DNA of 64,000 bases from Felis catus (Eukaryota): assembly GCF_018350175.1 (NCBI RefSeq), contig NC_058368.1, positions 235,230,001-235,294,000 on the forward strand, read 5' to 3'. Both the position numbers and the translations under genes were made by a program. This document shows positions 36,781 through 48,689 of the stretch, in pieces. Each line of letters starts with the position of its first letter. Within the stretch, counting starts at the first letter, position 1. Below the pieces are notes generated by a model. That model had not been told where the DNA came from. It worked only from the letters and a program-made list of their open reading frames with translations, and made no database searches.

Positions 36781-36978
36781 GGGGCACCTGGGGGGCCCAG
36801 TGGTTAAGCCTCTTGACTTCCGCTCAGGTCATGATCTCACAGTTTGTGAGTTGGAGCCCCACGTCGGGCTCTGTGCTGACGGCTCGGAGCCTGGAGCCTG
36901 CTTCAGATTCTGTGTCTCCCTCTCTCTGTCCCTCCCCGGCTCATGCTCTGTCTCTCTCTCAAAAATAAATATTTTAAA
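36781..36978 (+). mobile_element. Can-SINE (SINEC_Fc-related, diverged)
   Basis: Head 'ggggcacctggggggcccagtggttaagcc', body, tail; 'gcatgta' on both flanks. Confidence 0.95.
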
Positions 36979-36989
36979 GAGGCATGTAA

Positions 36990-37480
36990 CAATAGCTAAC
37001 ACGTGGAAACAACCCAAATATTCATCACCTGATGGATGGATTAACAAAAGCAGGAATGAAGGCCTGAAATAGTCTGCAGTGTGGATGAAGCTTGAAAATA
37101 TTGCACTAAATGGAAGAAGCCAGATGCAGAGGCCACGTGTGGTATGATTCCACTTATATGAAATGTCAGTAAGCAAGTCAGGTGAGACAGAAGTGGATTA
37201 GTGATTGCCAGCTTCTGGGTAAGCAGGGACTGGAGAGTTTGGGGCAGGTCTTGGGCCCTACAGGTGTATTAGGCAGATTACCTACCTAGTGCTAATTAAG
37301 TGACTTCTGATCGACTTCTGGGTAAGCAGGGACTGGAGAGGGGAGTGGAAAATGTTCCCCAACTAGGTAGAGGCGACGGTTTCACAACACTGACAATGTA
37401 CTAAAAACCACTAATATGTAGGCTTTCAAGTGGTTAAATGGTTAATTTTACATTATGTGAATTTATCTCGATTTCCAAAA
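36990..37480 (+). mobile_element. L1MB/L1MC-like 3' end carrying an internal templated insertion
   Basis: 'ggaaacaacccaaatattcatc', 'gtatgattccacttatatgaaatgtc', terminus 'aattttacattatgtgaatttatctcgattt'. Confidence 0.85.
37212..37340. repeat. 26-bp perfect direct repeats flanking a 77-bp copy of 39329-39405
   Basis: cttctgggtaagcagggactggagag at 37212-37237 and 37315-37340. Insert 37238-37314 matches 39329-39405 at 69/77 by manual alignment. Confidence 0.93.
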
Positions 37481-38575
37481 TGGGGGGAAAACATGTTTTG
37501 GGACCCTTCACTTGGGAAAATCTGATAAAATGAGCTCTCTTGAATGGGAGGGAAGTTAAGTATGAAAAACCATTCAGAATCTATTGACTTATGAAAAATA
37601 AAGCCAAACAAATAGCAAGAATTATCACAACGCCAGGTGTTGGTGGATGGTAAATTGTATCATCCACTCTTGGCACCCAGTCCCCCAGTTCTGGGACAGA
37701 ATAAATGAATACATGTCACTGAACGTAAGTCAGTCCCTGATCACTGTCCCGGCATATTGTTCTGCCATTTCCATTTTTAATAGCTTTATGCAGCTTAATT
37801 TCACCAAGACTCGGAGAGCTGAGCGTAATCATGGTCAATGCCAACCCCCGGCACAGGTGGCTGCCTATCCACTGGGACCCTGAGACCTCCCTCCCCAACC
37901 CTATTTCTGCCAGTGGCATCAATGGATCCCCAACTCTGGAGTCAAAACCTATTCTGCAGGTAGTCCTGGGGAGGAGACAGAGTGCCATGAGCTGTCATCT
38001 GTTAAGTCTGCACGACCCTCAACAAAGTGAATAGCATACGGGATGGTGACCAGCCTCTGAGTTACCTAAGCCACACTGCGCTTCCTACCAAAGCCTGGGT
38101 CAAGCTGGAGACCCTGCAAGCTTGCAAAGGCAGAAGACAAGAAGGAAAGGCATAGCCGTTCTGAAAAGGAGGTGGTTTTCAACAAAAGAAGATGGGGTGG
38201 GCTCCAAATAGGAGGAGGCAGGGCCCTGAAGGTCAGCTTCATTGCTTCCACCTGCCTGCAGACCCCACCTTGGGCTCAGTCCCCTGTCATCCTGTGGTTA
38301 GATCTGACCGTCACCTACACGCTCCAACCCTGCCTTCTTTTTTGGTGCTGCTAGGAAAGGCAGACTTCAGGGTTCCAGAATCTTCCAGCAACTTGTCAAT
38401 CCCACAATCAAATTCACAGGGTCAAGGTCATTGCAGAAAAGCAGAAGCCATTCCAACCAAGACATTTTTTTACAAAGGAGAGCAGGTGTGTCCAGACACT
38501 CAGACATTGGACATCGTTTCTCCTGCTCATTGCTATGGTGCAACAGCACGTGAACGTGTTTTGGGCATTCGCCAG

Positions 38576-39521
38576 TGTTAGAAGACTAACTGAGGCCTAC
38601 TAAAAAAATTTAAGAGCTTATTTGAGCAAAACAGCTCATTCGGATTGGCAGCATCCAAGCTGGCAGGTAGAAAGGAGATCTGGGGCGCTGTACAGAATTA
38701 AAGATTTTTAAAGGCAGAGGTGACTGGAAACAAGGAAGTTCTACTGGCAAAAAAGAAAAGCAGGTTGGCTATTGCAAGGTCACCTTCCTTTAGGGAATCG
38801 AAGGAGTTGTAGGAAAGGGAAAAAAAATCCTTTCTACCCGACAAAATCCTTCCATCTGGTCTACTAATTTGATTTGCATGAGACAGGTTAACAGGAGGAA
38901 AAAAGCCAAAGTTTTATAACATGTGCTCGGAGACCCAATGACAAAACTGGGACCCAAAGAAGTGACCAAGGCACCCAGTTTTTATGCTTTTTAGACAGAC
39001 AATAAATCTGGGAGGAATTGATAAGACAAAAATAACTTAACTTTAGGAGCTTTAATTAGTAAGGAATTCTAAACAGAATTTGGGCTGGGGTAGTAAACTA
39101 GTAAAAAGTAACAAAGGGTGTTTATATAGCTTTCGGGCTGTAAGTTCCACATCTCTGGCGATCAGGGTGTCTCTTTACCTCCTGGTACAGGGAGGGTGCC
39201 TTTCACACGGGACATTTATTTCCTGCTTTCTGGAGGCAAAGTGGGGGGCACAGTGTTCTTTTTGCACTGGCTGTTCTTAAGTATCTCTTAATTCAAAAAT
39301 AATTAATCAATATGTCAGAGTGGTGCAGTTTGGGGCAGGTCTTGGACCCTACAGGTGTATCAGGCAGATTGCCTACCTAGTGAAAATTAAGCGACTTCTG
39401 ACTGACTTATTTCTGCTTCCATTTCTGAGAGCCCAAACTTCAAGTCAGTCAGTTCTCAGCTTGGTGACATGGGGCTCAGCATAAGCAACTCCGTTTTGAG
39501 ACTGTTGTCTTGTTTTTGACG
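38576..39521 (-). mobile_element. ERV1-class solo LTR (outer), split by a second LTR
   Basis: Starts 'tgttagaagact'. Minus strand reads 'caaaacggagttgcttatgctgagccccatgtcacc...gttttgctcaaataagctc'; pieces at 38576-38807 and 39354-39521. Confidence 0.7.
38808..39353 (-). mobile_element. MER34/MER39-like ERV1 solo LTR (inner, complete)
   Basis: Inverted termini tgtagg...cctaca, flanks ggagt/ggtgt. Minus strand reads 'ccccaaactgcaccactctgacatattgattaattatttttgaattaagag'. Confidence 0.8.
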
Positions 39522-39789
39522 GCAGCCTGGGTTATTTTCTTTGATTGGAAGCAGGGTTTAAAAATCACCATAGCCAATGGAAGCTATCCAACCCTTAAGA
39601 AAAAATAATTTCCATCTTAAGATTGTCTCAAATGCTAAAATGGGTTTTGTTTTAAATGCTCAAACAACACCAGAAGGCTTTAATAAAACTGAAAAGAAAA
39701 ACAAACTAACATATAAAGTTTCAAAAATCATAAACCCTCCTAGGCTCCTCCGGTGTGCACTCCCTATGCTTGTCTAAAAATGCACACAT

Positions 39790-40009
39790 GGGGCGCCTGG
39801 GTGGCGCAGTCGGTTAAGCGTCCGACTTCAGCCAGGTCACGATCTCGCGGTCCGTGAGTTCGAGCCCCGCGTCGGGCTCTGGGCTGATGGCTCAGAGCCT
39901 GGAGCCTGTTTCCGATTCTGTGTCTCCCTCTCTCTCTGCCCCTCCCCCGTTCATGCTCTGTCTCTCTCTGTCCCCAAAATAAATAAAAAAAACGTTGAAA
40001 AAAAAATTT
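39790..40009 (+). mobile_element. Young feline SINEC_Fc
   Basis: Near-consensus body; TSD aaaaat(g/a)cacaca at 39776-39788 and 40010-40022. Confidence 0.97.
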
Positions 40010-40129
40010 AAAAATACACACAGAGGGGAAATGGAGGTTGTTTCGAGGTATTACCCCATCACATAAACAAAGGCAAACACCTTGCTTAGTTACATGCATG
40101 GTACCTGATGGCCAAAGCCACAACGTGAT

Positions 40130-40910
40130 CCCTCACACCGGTCAGAGTGGCTGAAATTAGCAACACAGGAAACAACAGATGTTGGCGAGGATGTGGAGAG
40201 GGGGGGACCCTCTTGCACTGTTGGTGGGAATGCAAACTGGTGCAGCCGCTCTGGAAGACAGCATGGAGGGTCCTCGGAAAGTTAAAAATAGAATTACCCT
40301 ATGACCCAGCAATTGTACTACTAGATATTTACCCAAAGCATACAAAAACATAGATTCAAAGGGGCACGTGTACCTGATGTTTATTACAGCCTCGTCAACA
40401 ACAGCCAAAGTACAGAGAGAGCCCAAGTGTCCTTCGACCAAAGAAGATGTGGTATATATATACAACGGAATATTACTTAGCCATCAAAAAGAATAAAATC
40501 TTGCCATTTGCAAGGATGTGGATGGAGCTAGAGTGTTAAGTTAGACAAATTAGACAAGTTAGAGTGTTAAGTTAGACAAAATAGACAAGTTAGAGTGTTA
40601 AGAAAGACAAATACCGTATGATTTCACTCCTATGTGGGACATAAGAACCAAAACAGATAAACATAGAGGAGGAGGAAAAAAGAGAGGGAAGCAAACCATA
40701 AGAGACTCTTAACCATGGAGAACAAACTGAGGGAGGTGGGTGGGAGATGGGCTAGATGGGGGATGGGCTAGATTGAGGAGGGCACCTGTTGTGACGAGCA
40801 CTGGGTGTTACACGCAAGAGATGAATCATTGAATTCTACTCCTGAAGCCGGTGTTACATGATATGTTAACTCACTAGAATCTAAATAAAAACTTGAAATT
40901 AAAAAACAAA
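40130..40910 (+). mobile_element. 5'-truncated carnivore L1 3' end
   Basis: Peptide '[48 protein letters not shown]'; carnivore L1 3'UTR and A-rich tail. Confidence 0.93.
40529..40612. repeat. 31-bp tandem repeat (~2.7 copies) inside the L1 fragment
   Basis: tagagtgttaagttagacaaa(t/a)tagacaagt at 40529 and 40560; partial third copy at 40591. Confidence 0.9.
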
Positions 40911-41431
40911 TTGTGGTCCCATAGGCTACGAGAGCACAGTCGGGGGGAGGGGGGCAGTCACACTGCACGGCCCCTCCTGCCTGCACTGACCTAAAACCCC
41001 TGTCTCCTTAACTTCCTCCTTTGGAACTTGATCTATTTTAAGACTGGGATCAAATATACAGTTGTGTACTAGAGTTGCTCCAAGTCAGTGCCCAGGCCCT
41101 TGCTGAGGGCTGCGGTCAACTCCCACGGGCCACCACCCGCCCCTCCGCACCGTGACGGAGGACACCTGTAGATCGGTGACCGGAAGAAGAGGGGGAGTTG
41201 GTGTGTCGACTGGGGTTGATGTGGATCCCAGGTTTCTCGTCACCCGCCGAGGGAGGGGAGAGGGAGGCCAACAGGGACTTCAAGATGTAGGTGGGAGCAT
41301 TTAGGGACTTCTTTATACATCTGGAAGATGCACTGAATGTGAGCGTGTGTATATGGTGCCCATGTGTGCGCACAAACTTGTAAACACATATAAGCTCATA
41401 CAAAGATGGGGCTATAAGACACCACCGCCCC

Positions 41432-41824
41432 CTGTACGAGTCAGCTGGGCTGTCATGAAAAGCACCGTGGACTGGGTGGCATAAACAATCCATTTTCTCT
41501 CGGCTCTGGAAGCCCGAAGTCCAAGGCTCCTTCTGAGGCCTCAGGGAGAGTCATGCCTCTCCCCTCACTTCTGGCTTGTGGGCAATCTTTGGCCTTTCTT
41601 GGCTTCGAACACATCACCCCAGTCTCTGGCTTCACCCTCCCTGAGTGTATGCCTGTGTTCAAAGCCTCTTGTTGTCATAAGGGCGCCAGTCACGCGGGGT
41701 TAGGAGCTCACCTCCTCTGGTACAACCTCGTCCTCACTCACTACGTCTGCAAGGGCTCTATTTCTCAGTAAGGTCACGTTCTGAGGTACTACAGGCTAGG
41801 ACTTCAACACATGAATTGGGGGGT
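41432..41824 (-). mobile_element. MLT1B/C-like LTR
   Basis: 'ggactgggtggcataaacaa...ctctggaagcccgaagtccaag...taaggtcacgttctgaggtactacaggctaggacttcaacacatgaatt'. Confidence 0.87.
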
Positions 41825-41825
41825 T

Positions 41826-41978
41826 GGTCACGATCTCACAGTTTGGGGGATCGAGCCCCACATCGGGCTCCGTGCTGACAGTGTGCAGCTTACTTGGGAT
41901 TTCTCTCTCTCTCTCTCTCTCTCTCTGCACAACCCCCCCCACACACACACCAAATAAATAAATAAATATTTTTAAAAA
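41826..41978 (+). mobile_element. 5'-truncated Can-SINE
   Basis: Starts at 'ggtcacgatctcacag' (A box missing); (CT)n and AATAAA tail present. Confidence 0.88.
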
Positions 41979-41979
41979 G

Positions 41980-42410
41980 GGAAAAAGTATTCATGACACT
42001 TGGCAAGACAGTAAGGCAGACTTTCTTGAAGGGACTCTCACAATCGCTCCAGGAATCACCACAGTAAGGTTTTGTAGAAGAGGAGGGAGGTTGGGCTCGA
42101 CTCTGGATGTGAGAAGGAAACATGGGAAGTTACAGCCCGGGAGGAGTTCCAGCTCACCCGGCCTGACAGGACTCTTGTTGGAGGTGGGCCAGGGAGTCGG
42201 GCGTCACCGGGCCAGTGGGGGGGTCAGAGACCTGAGAGATATTGGGGGTGACTAGATATGCAGGGAGGGCGGTTCTGGCTAAACCAACTTAGCAGGACTT
42301 TGCTAAAAGTTCATGAAGCAGAGAGAGACAGGGAAGTCCGAAAGTCAGGGTCCAGTTGGCAAGAGGGCTCAGAGAGCCCTGACCAGAGTGTGGTCAGCGA
42401 GGGGACCACA
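41980..42410 (-). mobile_element. MER31-like ERV1 LTR
   Basis: 'atgacacttggcaagacagtaaggcagacttt', 'ttgggctcgactc', 'ttctggctaaaccaacttagcaggactttgctaaaa'. Confidence 0.72.
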
Positions 42411-42880
42411 TTGGCCCATCGGGTCTGGCGAGTAACGGTCGTCTTCCCCATTGTTTCCTTGAAAGAAGCCCCCGCTTCTGAGACCAGCCCTCTCCTCCAG
42501 GTCTCCCGAACCATCTGACTCTGATTTCCTCTTCTGCCGGGACCCTGACTGATCCAAGCCTGGGGTCCGGCCCTGTCCGCGACGGCCACCAAAGCCATCA
42601 CCAAAGCGCCCAACATGAGCTACTGTTTTGTTTCTCCCGGGATCATGCAGCAGAAATTTGAAGACCTCCTGACAACAGGCAGGTCCCTCCTTCAACACAG
42701 AGGCACGTGAGAGACAGATGTCCCCCCCGCCCCACCCCATGCTCTCAAGGCCTCTCAAAGGAGTGGCTTGTGAATAGGAAAGATTTATCACTGTCATCCC
42801 TGCTGGGGAAAACAAGTCCGCACCTCACATCAGAGCATTCCAGCCGTAGACAGCGAAGTGAGACAAAATCAGCCCGTGAA

Positions 42881-43101
42881 GGGGCGCCTGGGTGGCGCAG
42901 TCGGTTAAGCATCCGACTTCAGCCAGGTCACGATCTTGCGGTCCGTGAGTTCGAGCCCCGCGTCAGGCTCTGGGCTGATGGCTCGGAGCCTGGAGCCTGT
43001 TTCCGATTCTGTGTCTCCCTCTCTCTCTGCACCTCCCCCGTTCAAGCTCTGTCTCTCTCTGTCCCAAAAATAAATAAACGTTGAAAAAAAAAATTTAAAA
43101 A
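42881..43101 (+). mobile_element. Young feline SINEC_Fc
   Basis: Perfect 17-bp TSD aaaatcagcccgtgaag at 42865-42881 and 43102-43118. Confidence 0.98.
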
Positions 43102-44345
43102 AAAATCAGCCCGTGAAGACGGCCGGAGAGGCGCCTCCCCACCGCCAGACGTGGGCTTGTCTCTCACGAATGCTGATCTGCCTCTAAAGGGGATGGCTCT
43201 GGCCTGCACCGCGGAGCCCGCACTTTCATTCTGAGCCTCCCTTTGTCACTGAGAACGAGGCAAGCCCACGAGCCCAGTGCGCGGAGTGACCCGTCTAGTC
43301 TTGCTGGAAAAACCCACCGCGACACACGGGTCAGTGGATCATAACTGGGCGAAACGTGGAGGCAACTGCTTGCTGGTTTTCTCTCACTCGAAGTGTAAAG
43401 TGACACCTTTCTTCGACTCATCTTCCTTCACTGACACCAGAGAACAACCACAGCCTAACGGAGGTAAATACTTCATATCACGGTTGCTCAAAAGCCACCT
43501 CCTCCGCCCCACCTTGAACTACACTCTGCCAGAGGCTCTGACAGGGACCCGGGGCTTCCTCCGTCCGCCTGGTCATCCCAGCTTCCCTTCCGGCCCCATC
43601 GGTCTTGGCCCTGGCGCGGCCCGTCTAGTTTTGCTGCACTTTCTGTAACTCAATGCCCCTGCTCTGCGATGACAGCTGCCGGGACCGCCACGTGAGAAAG
43701 CACCTGGCCCCCGTCCTTGCACAGCACGGAGCGAGAAGTCGGCCTGCAGGATTCATGCTGAGCATCTGAAAGACAAACCACCTTGAAGACAAAGACACTT
43801 GGAGCCCTACTGAGGTTGCTCCGTGTTCTAGAAATCCAACGCAGAGCAGCAAGGTGCTTCCATTAAAGGGAATAAAAAACTTGTGTTCAATGGAAGGCTT
43901 ACACGAGTAAAAGCCTCACGTCGTCAGCGGTAGGCACTGTTGGCTGGACACTAAATAATGCCACCGCCCACGAGCGGGAGTCTACCCAGCTCTCATGTGT
44001 CCACAGTGCATCTGTGGCCGGTAATGTAGTGAATGCACACCAGACCAGGTGACAGACAAGAGGCTGGCGTCATGGCCCGTGAGCTAAGCCCACTCCGTCT
44101 CCTACGTTGCACGTGGCCCATCGAGTATTTGCAACCATTGATAAAATAATTTGGGGCTTTGGTATTTTCAAAAACTGGTCTTTCATTCTATAGTGGGTTG
44201 TTAGAAACGGTTTCCTAATGAACCCACGTTCCACTTACCGAACTTTTCCTCCTGTACATAATCTCTACTAAATGCGAGGATGTCTACAAAGGCCTGGGAT
44301 TAACTCGGTGGTCTATTTACGAACAAAATACTTTTCCATATATAG

Positions 44346-44760
44346 TGTATTAGTCAGGTTGCAGAGAAACAGAACCATAGTGTATGTGTAGACAGAGAGA
44401 GATTTATTTTAAGGAACTGGCTCATGCGATTGTGCAGTCTAGCCAGTATGAAATGTTGAGGGAATGCTGGCAGTCTGGAGACCCAGGGGAGGGTGCACAC
44501 TGCAGCTCAAGCCTGAAGGCTGTCTGCAGACAAAATTCCTTCATCCTCGGTGAACACCAGTCTTTCCCCCTAAGGCCTTCACCTGATTGGATGAGGCCCA
44601 CCCACATTAAATAAGAAAATCTGCTTTAATCAAAGTCTTCTGATTTAAATGTGAATTACTTCTAAACAAGCACCTTCACAGGGACATCTAGACTGCTGTT
44701 TGACCCAACGCTGGGTATCGTGGCATCGCCAAGTTGACTCATTAAATTACCAGTTACACA
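44346..44760 (-). mobile_element. MLT2-like (ERVL) solo LTR
   Basis: 'tgtattagtcagg...agaaacagaacc...ttttaaggaactggctcatgcgatt...ctgattggatgaggcccacccacatt...gccaagttgactcattaaatt'; flanks tatag/tacag. Confidence 0.9.
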
Positions 44761-46046
44761 TACAGATATAGGCAGGTAAAAGTTAAGTAGTCAAGAATGT
44801 CCATAGAATGTGCTACCTGTCTACCTGCAGGTGCTAATATGTTTGAGCTTTCTGGGCTAAAGTCCTATTAAATAAAATCAAAGTCGATGGCATTAGACGT
44901 TCGTCATTCGTAACAATAAATACCTCTATGCACCTAAGTTGTCCTTTCTGGAAATCGAGGTGATTCGGTTTGCACAAGATATTTTAATAAAGTAGTGCAG
45001 TGCAAGACCCAGGGTTTTAGAGGCTGTCCAATCTGAGTTCACACCTTGGCTCCTTTATAGACTCCCTGCGTGATCTCGTACCACCGACCTATCTGCTGAG
45101 CGACCATAGAAGCATGGAGCTCACAGAGCAATTGTGAGGAGGTGTGCCTGAGACCCATTAGGGAGGCAGTGCCGGGCGCACAGTTGTGGCTCAGCAAACG
45201 GTGGCTGTAAAAGCAAGACGGACAGGGTTTCAGATCACTGTCTACTGTCCACAGTGGAACAAAGACAGACTCAGATGAAGGCAATGAGGATACCTGAGCG
45301 GTAAAAGTGTCTGAGCTTCAAGGAGGAAGAGGGGGGGGCAGTGATGGCCAAGACCCTGCAGAGTTTCTGGGCAGGCGGGGACCTGGGAGATGTGACCAGA
45401 TGGTCCAGCACAGGGTTTACGGGGATGACCGTCTCCACGCCGATTTCACGGCCAGTTCAGAGCAGAAAACACAATCAAGTTGGCAGAGTATCCGAAAGTC
45501 ATGAACATTCTAGAACAAAAATATTCCAGCGCTGGCACGAGAGCAGTCTTTATTAGTTAGCATGGTCATGGATAGCTGTGAAGAAGAAGGTTGGGGGGTA
45601 GGTTCGATTACTTTCCCGTGTATTTCGTGCAAACTTTCCATGAAATCGATTTATCTAACAAATGGTTAAGATATGGCTCTACAGTTGAGTTCTAGCTCCA
45701 CTAATACCAGACTAACCCTTCTCCGTGAGAACACCCATAAAATCTGAGAAAATATCGTTGAAATGTATTTAAAGTTGTCGGAAAACTAACACAACAACAA
45801 CAACAAAAATTACAGAAACAAGCTTTGAGACCAAAATTAAACAGGTGGGTCTAGCATTGGGGGATTTTTGCCCTAGAACCTTCTCCTCCCAGGGATAGAG
45901 ACAGAAACTGGAATTCAGGGCTTTCCTGGTATGGAGGGTGGTTCTGTAAATACATCTAGGCATCGAGTTGGAACATCCGAGACTTAAAACCTAGGACTAA
46001 AGATCAACCAGAAGTAGACTGACCCTCACAGAAAGACTGTAGTCAA

Positions 46047-46260
46047 GGCACCTGGGTGGCTCAGTCGGTTAGGGGTCCGACTTCGGCTCAGGACGTGATC
46101 TCACGGTTCATGAGTTCGAGCCCCGCGTCGGGCTCTGTGCTGACAGCTCGGAGCCTGGAGCCCGCTTCACATTCTATGTCTCCCTGTCTCTCTGCCCTTT
46201 CCCTGCTCATGCTCTGTCTCTCTCTCAAAAATAAACATTAAAAAAAATTTTTTTAAAGAA
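46047..46260 (+). mobile_element. Can-SINE (SINEC_Fc-related)
   Basis: TSD aaagact(g/a)tagt(c/t)aag at 46032-46047 and 46261-46276. Confidence 0.96.
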
Positions 46261-47637
46261 AAAGACTATAGTTAAGCATTGATCCACGCCTGTCCCTGAG
46301 AGTCAAGGTAACCCCAGCTTTGAATCTGCTCACCTAGTTATGGTCCAGAAGTAGACTGAAACCCCCTGCATAGGAAGAGAGCATCATAAAGAACCTCAAA
46401 TTATCTCTACAACTTTTCAAATACAATGCCTGCACCCTGTCAAAAATTACCACGCGTGAGGAGAAAAGAAAGCATTATTTAAAATCCAGAGAAACAGTCA
46501 ACCCACGAGGGATGCAGACAATGGCATTATCAGACACAGGCTGTAAAGCCACAATGCTCAATGCGCTTATGGAAGTAAAATACAGGCTGAGAAATTTTAT
46601 AGAACTAGACGCTCTTTTTGCAGAGAATTTTGTAGACAGCTACGAATTATTTTTAAAAGCCCAGGTGGATCTTCAAGAACCAAAAAAAAAAAAAAAAAAA
46701 AAAAAAAGCAAAAACCCCAAAAACAAAAAAAAATACAGTGACACCATGTTAACGAATTTAACAGAAAATTATGAAGAGCTGAATATGGAATTAGCAAACG
46801 GACAGGTAGGGCAGAAGGAATCATCCAGACAGTATAATGAAGACGACAGAAAGAACGTAGGAGATGCAGGGACATGGTGGGGAAGTCTACATGACCTATG
46901 CCTGAAGACCCAGCCCAAAAGGGAAAAATAAAGAGGCAGAGGAAATAATGATACTTTTCCAAAACAAATGAGAGACCTAAGGCCACATAGTCAATCAGCT
47001 CTACAAACTCAAACAGGGTAATTGTGACAACCCCACACCTACACACAACGTAGGAAAACAGAAAAACAAGGGAGAAATCAGGCAGAGAGAAAAGACGAGT
47101 GGCTTTCAGAGCGATGTCCGTGAGAGTTAAAGCTGACGGTTCACGCAAAGTGACGGAATCCAGGAGGAAATGAAGTCATGTCTTCAAACGACAACAACAA
47201 CAAAACGAAGAATTGAAGTTCATCCGAGTTCTAGGAAAATACATCTCAAGGACGAAAGTCAAACGAAAACATTATGGCAAATGGGCAGAATCTATTAGCC
47301 TGGAACCCCACGGGCAGAAAGGCTCGAGTCCTCTCAGTGGAAGAAAAATGACTCCAGGTAACAGGTAATAATTCGTAGCTGTCTGCAAAGATGGTAAACA
47401 TCAAACATGTGAGTAAATCTGAACAGAAGTGTCCATGTCAAGGGCTAATAGCGTCCAATCAACGTAAGTGACAACAGGAACACAGGAGGTGGGACAAGAC
47501 TACATGCAGGTAGGATGGACCACCCTTCCTGCTGGGGGTGGAAACAAGTAAAAGCAGGAATTCATGTCAGACATCGCAAGTCACAATGCTTGTTGCATTC
47601 TCTAGGGTAATCACTTCTGTAAAAACAGTACATAACC

Positions 47638-47809
47638 GGGGCCCGTGGCGGGGTGGGGTGCTCAGTCGGTTGGGCGTCCGACTTCGGCTCAGGTCATGAT
47701 CTCGTGGTCTGTGAGTTTGAGCCCCGTGTCGGGCTCTGTGCTGACAGCTCAGAGCCTGGAACCTGCTTCGGATGCTGTGTCTCCCTCTCTGTCTCTGCTC
47801 CTCCCCCAC
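47638..47809 (+). mobile_element. Can-SINE lacking its 3' tail
   Basis: Body 'gctcagtcggttgggcgtccgacttcggctcaggtcatgatctcg'; ends at 'ctcctcccccac' with no AATAAA or poly-A. Confidence 0.9.
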
Positions 47810-48689
47810 TATGAAGCTAATGAGGGTGGGGGATGGGACAATTAAAAAAAAATACTTAACCAGTTTAATAAAAAAGGCAATCCTAGACAGAAAAACATCT
47901 CCAGGTATCAAGGAAAGCGTTCACCAAGGAACTGCCATGCACTGATCATAGAGCAGAGTGTTTTGGCCCAGTATCATTTTTAAAAGTAGCATGACACATT
48001 GCGATTTTGCAGCCTCATATAGATAGTCTTATGATATTCATATACATATCATATAGATATAGATGACTGTATAGTCAGAAATCCTACTTGGGTCGGGAGT
48101 GGATGAACCACAGAAAAACAAAGATCTGCTAATGAATCAGATGAGTCACATTCTCCCTGAGAGCCTGTCCCAGATCAGCAATTTCTGAGACTCGGAGGGC
48201 CTGAGAGAGACAGCACGAGAAGCCCCAGCACGTCCTACGTCCCGAGGCTTTGCGCATAAGTACATAAGGCTGATCTTGCTGCTCTCTGCTCAGGAATCAC
48301 TCCCTGAGCTCATCCTTCTTTCGCTCTGGTCTTTCCAGTGCAGGAAACAGTGAAATCACGATGATAGTTGTGCCCCAACCCACACCTTCATCGGGAACTC
48401 TGAGAGAGCCTCCCTACCGCGGACGGCGTAAAGCATGGGACACTCCCGGTGGAGACTGGCCTAGGAAGCTCCCTTCATCTCCTCCGACCCTCGTCCGAGT
48501 GCTTTGGCTCGGTCTCAGCCTCTCCCCCCATGGGTCATAGGGCAGGGATGGCATCCTGACTTCAACAACCACACACGTGAAGACAGATCCGTGAGCGGGC
48601 TCGTCCAAGAGGCCATGTGATAGCATTTCCAAAAGAATCATCCCAAACAAGGGAAATGATAATCCGTTAAGGAGAGTTTCCAAGTCTAC

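Larger units (their letters stand above)
45680..47890 (+). mobile_element. Ancient L1ME/HAL1-like 5'UTR, ORF1 and downstream region, interrupted by two SINEs
   Basis: Peptide 'MALSDTGCKATMLNALMEVK' resembles the old L1 ORF1 N-terminus; 'gaggaaataatgatacttttccaaaacaaatgagagac'; A-rich purine bias. Confidence 0.7.

Noticed and set aside
46008..46359. Repeat ccagaagtagactga at 46008 and 46345
   Set aside because: It lies within an ancient L1 5' region where internal repeats are common, and it is not the SINE's TSD.
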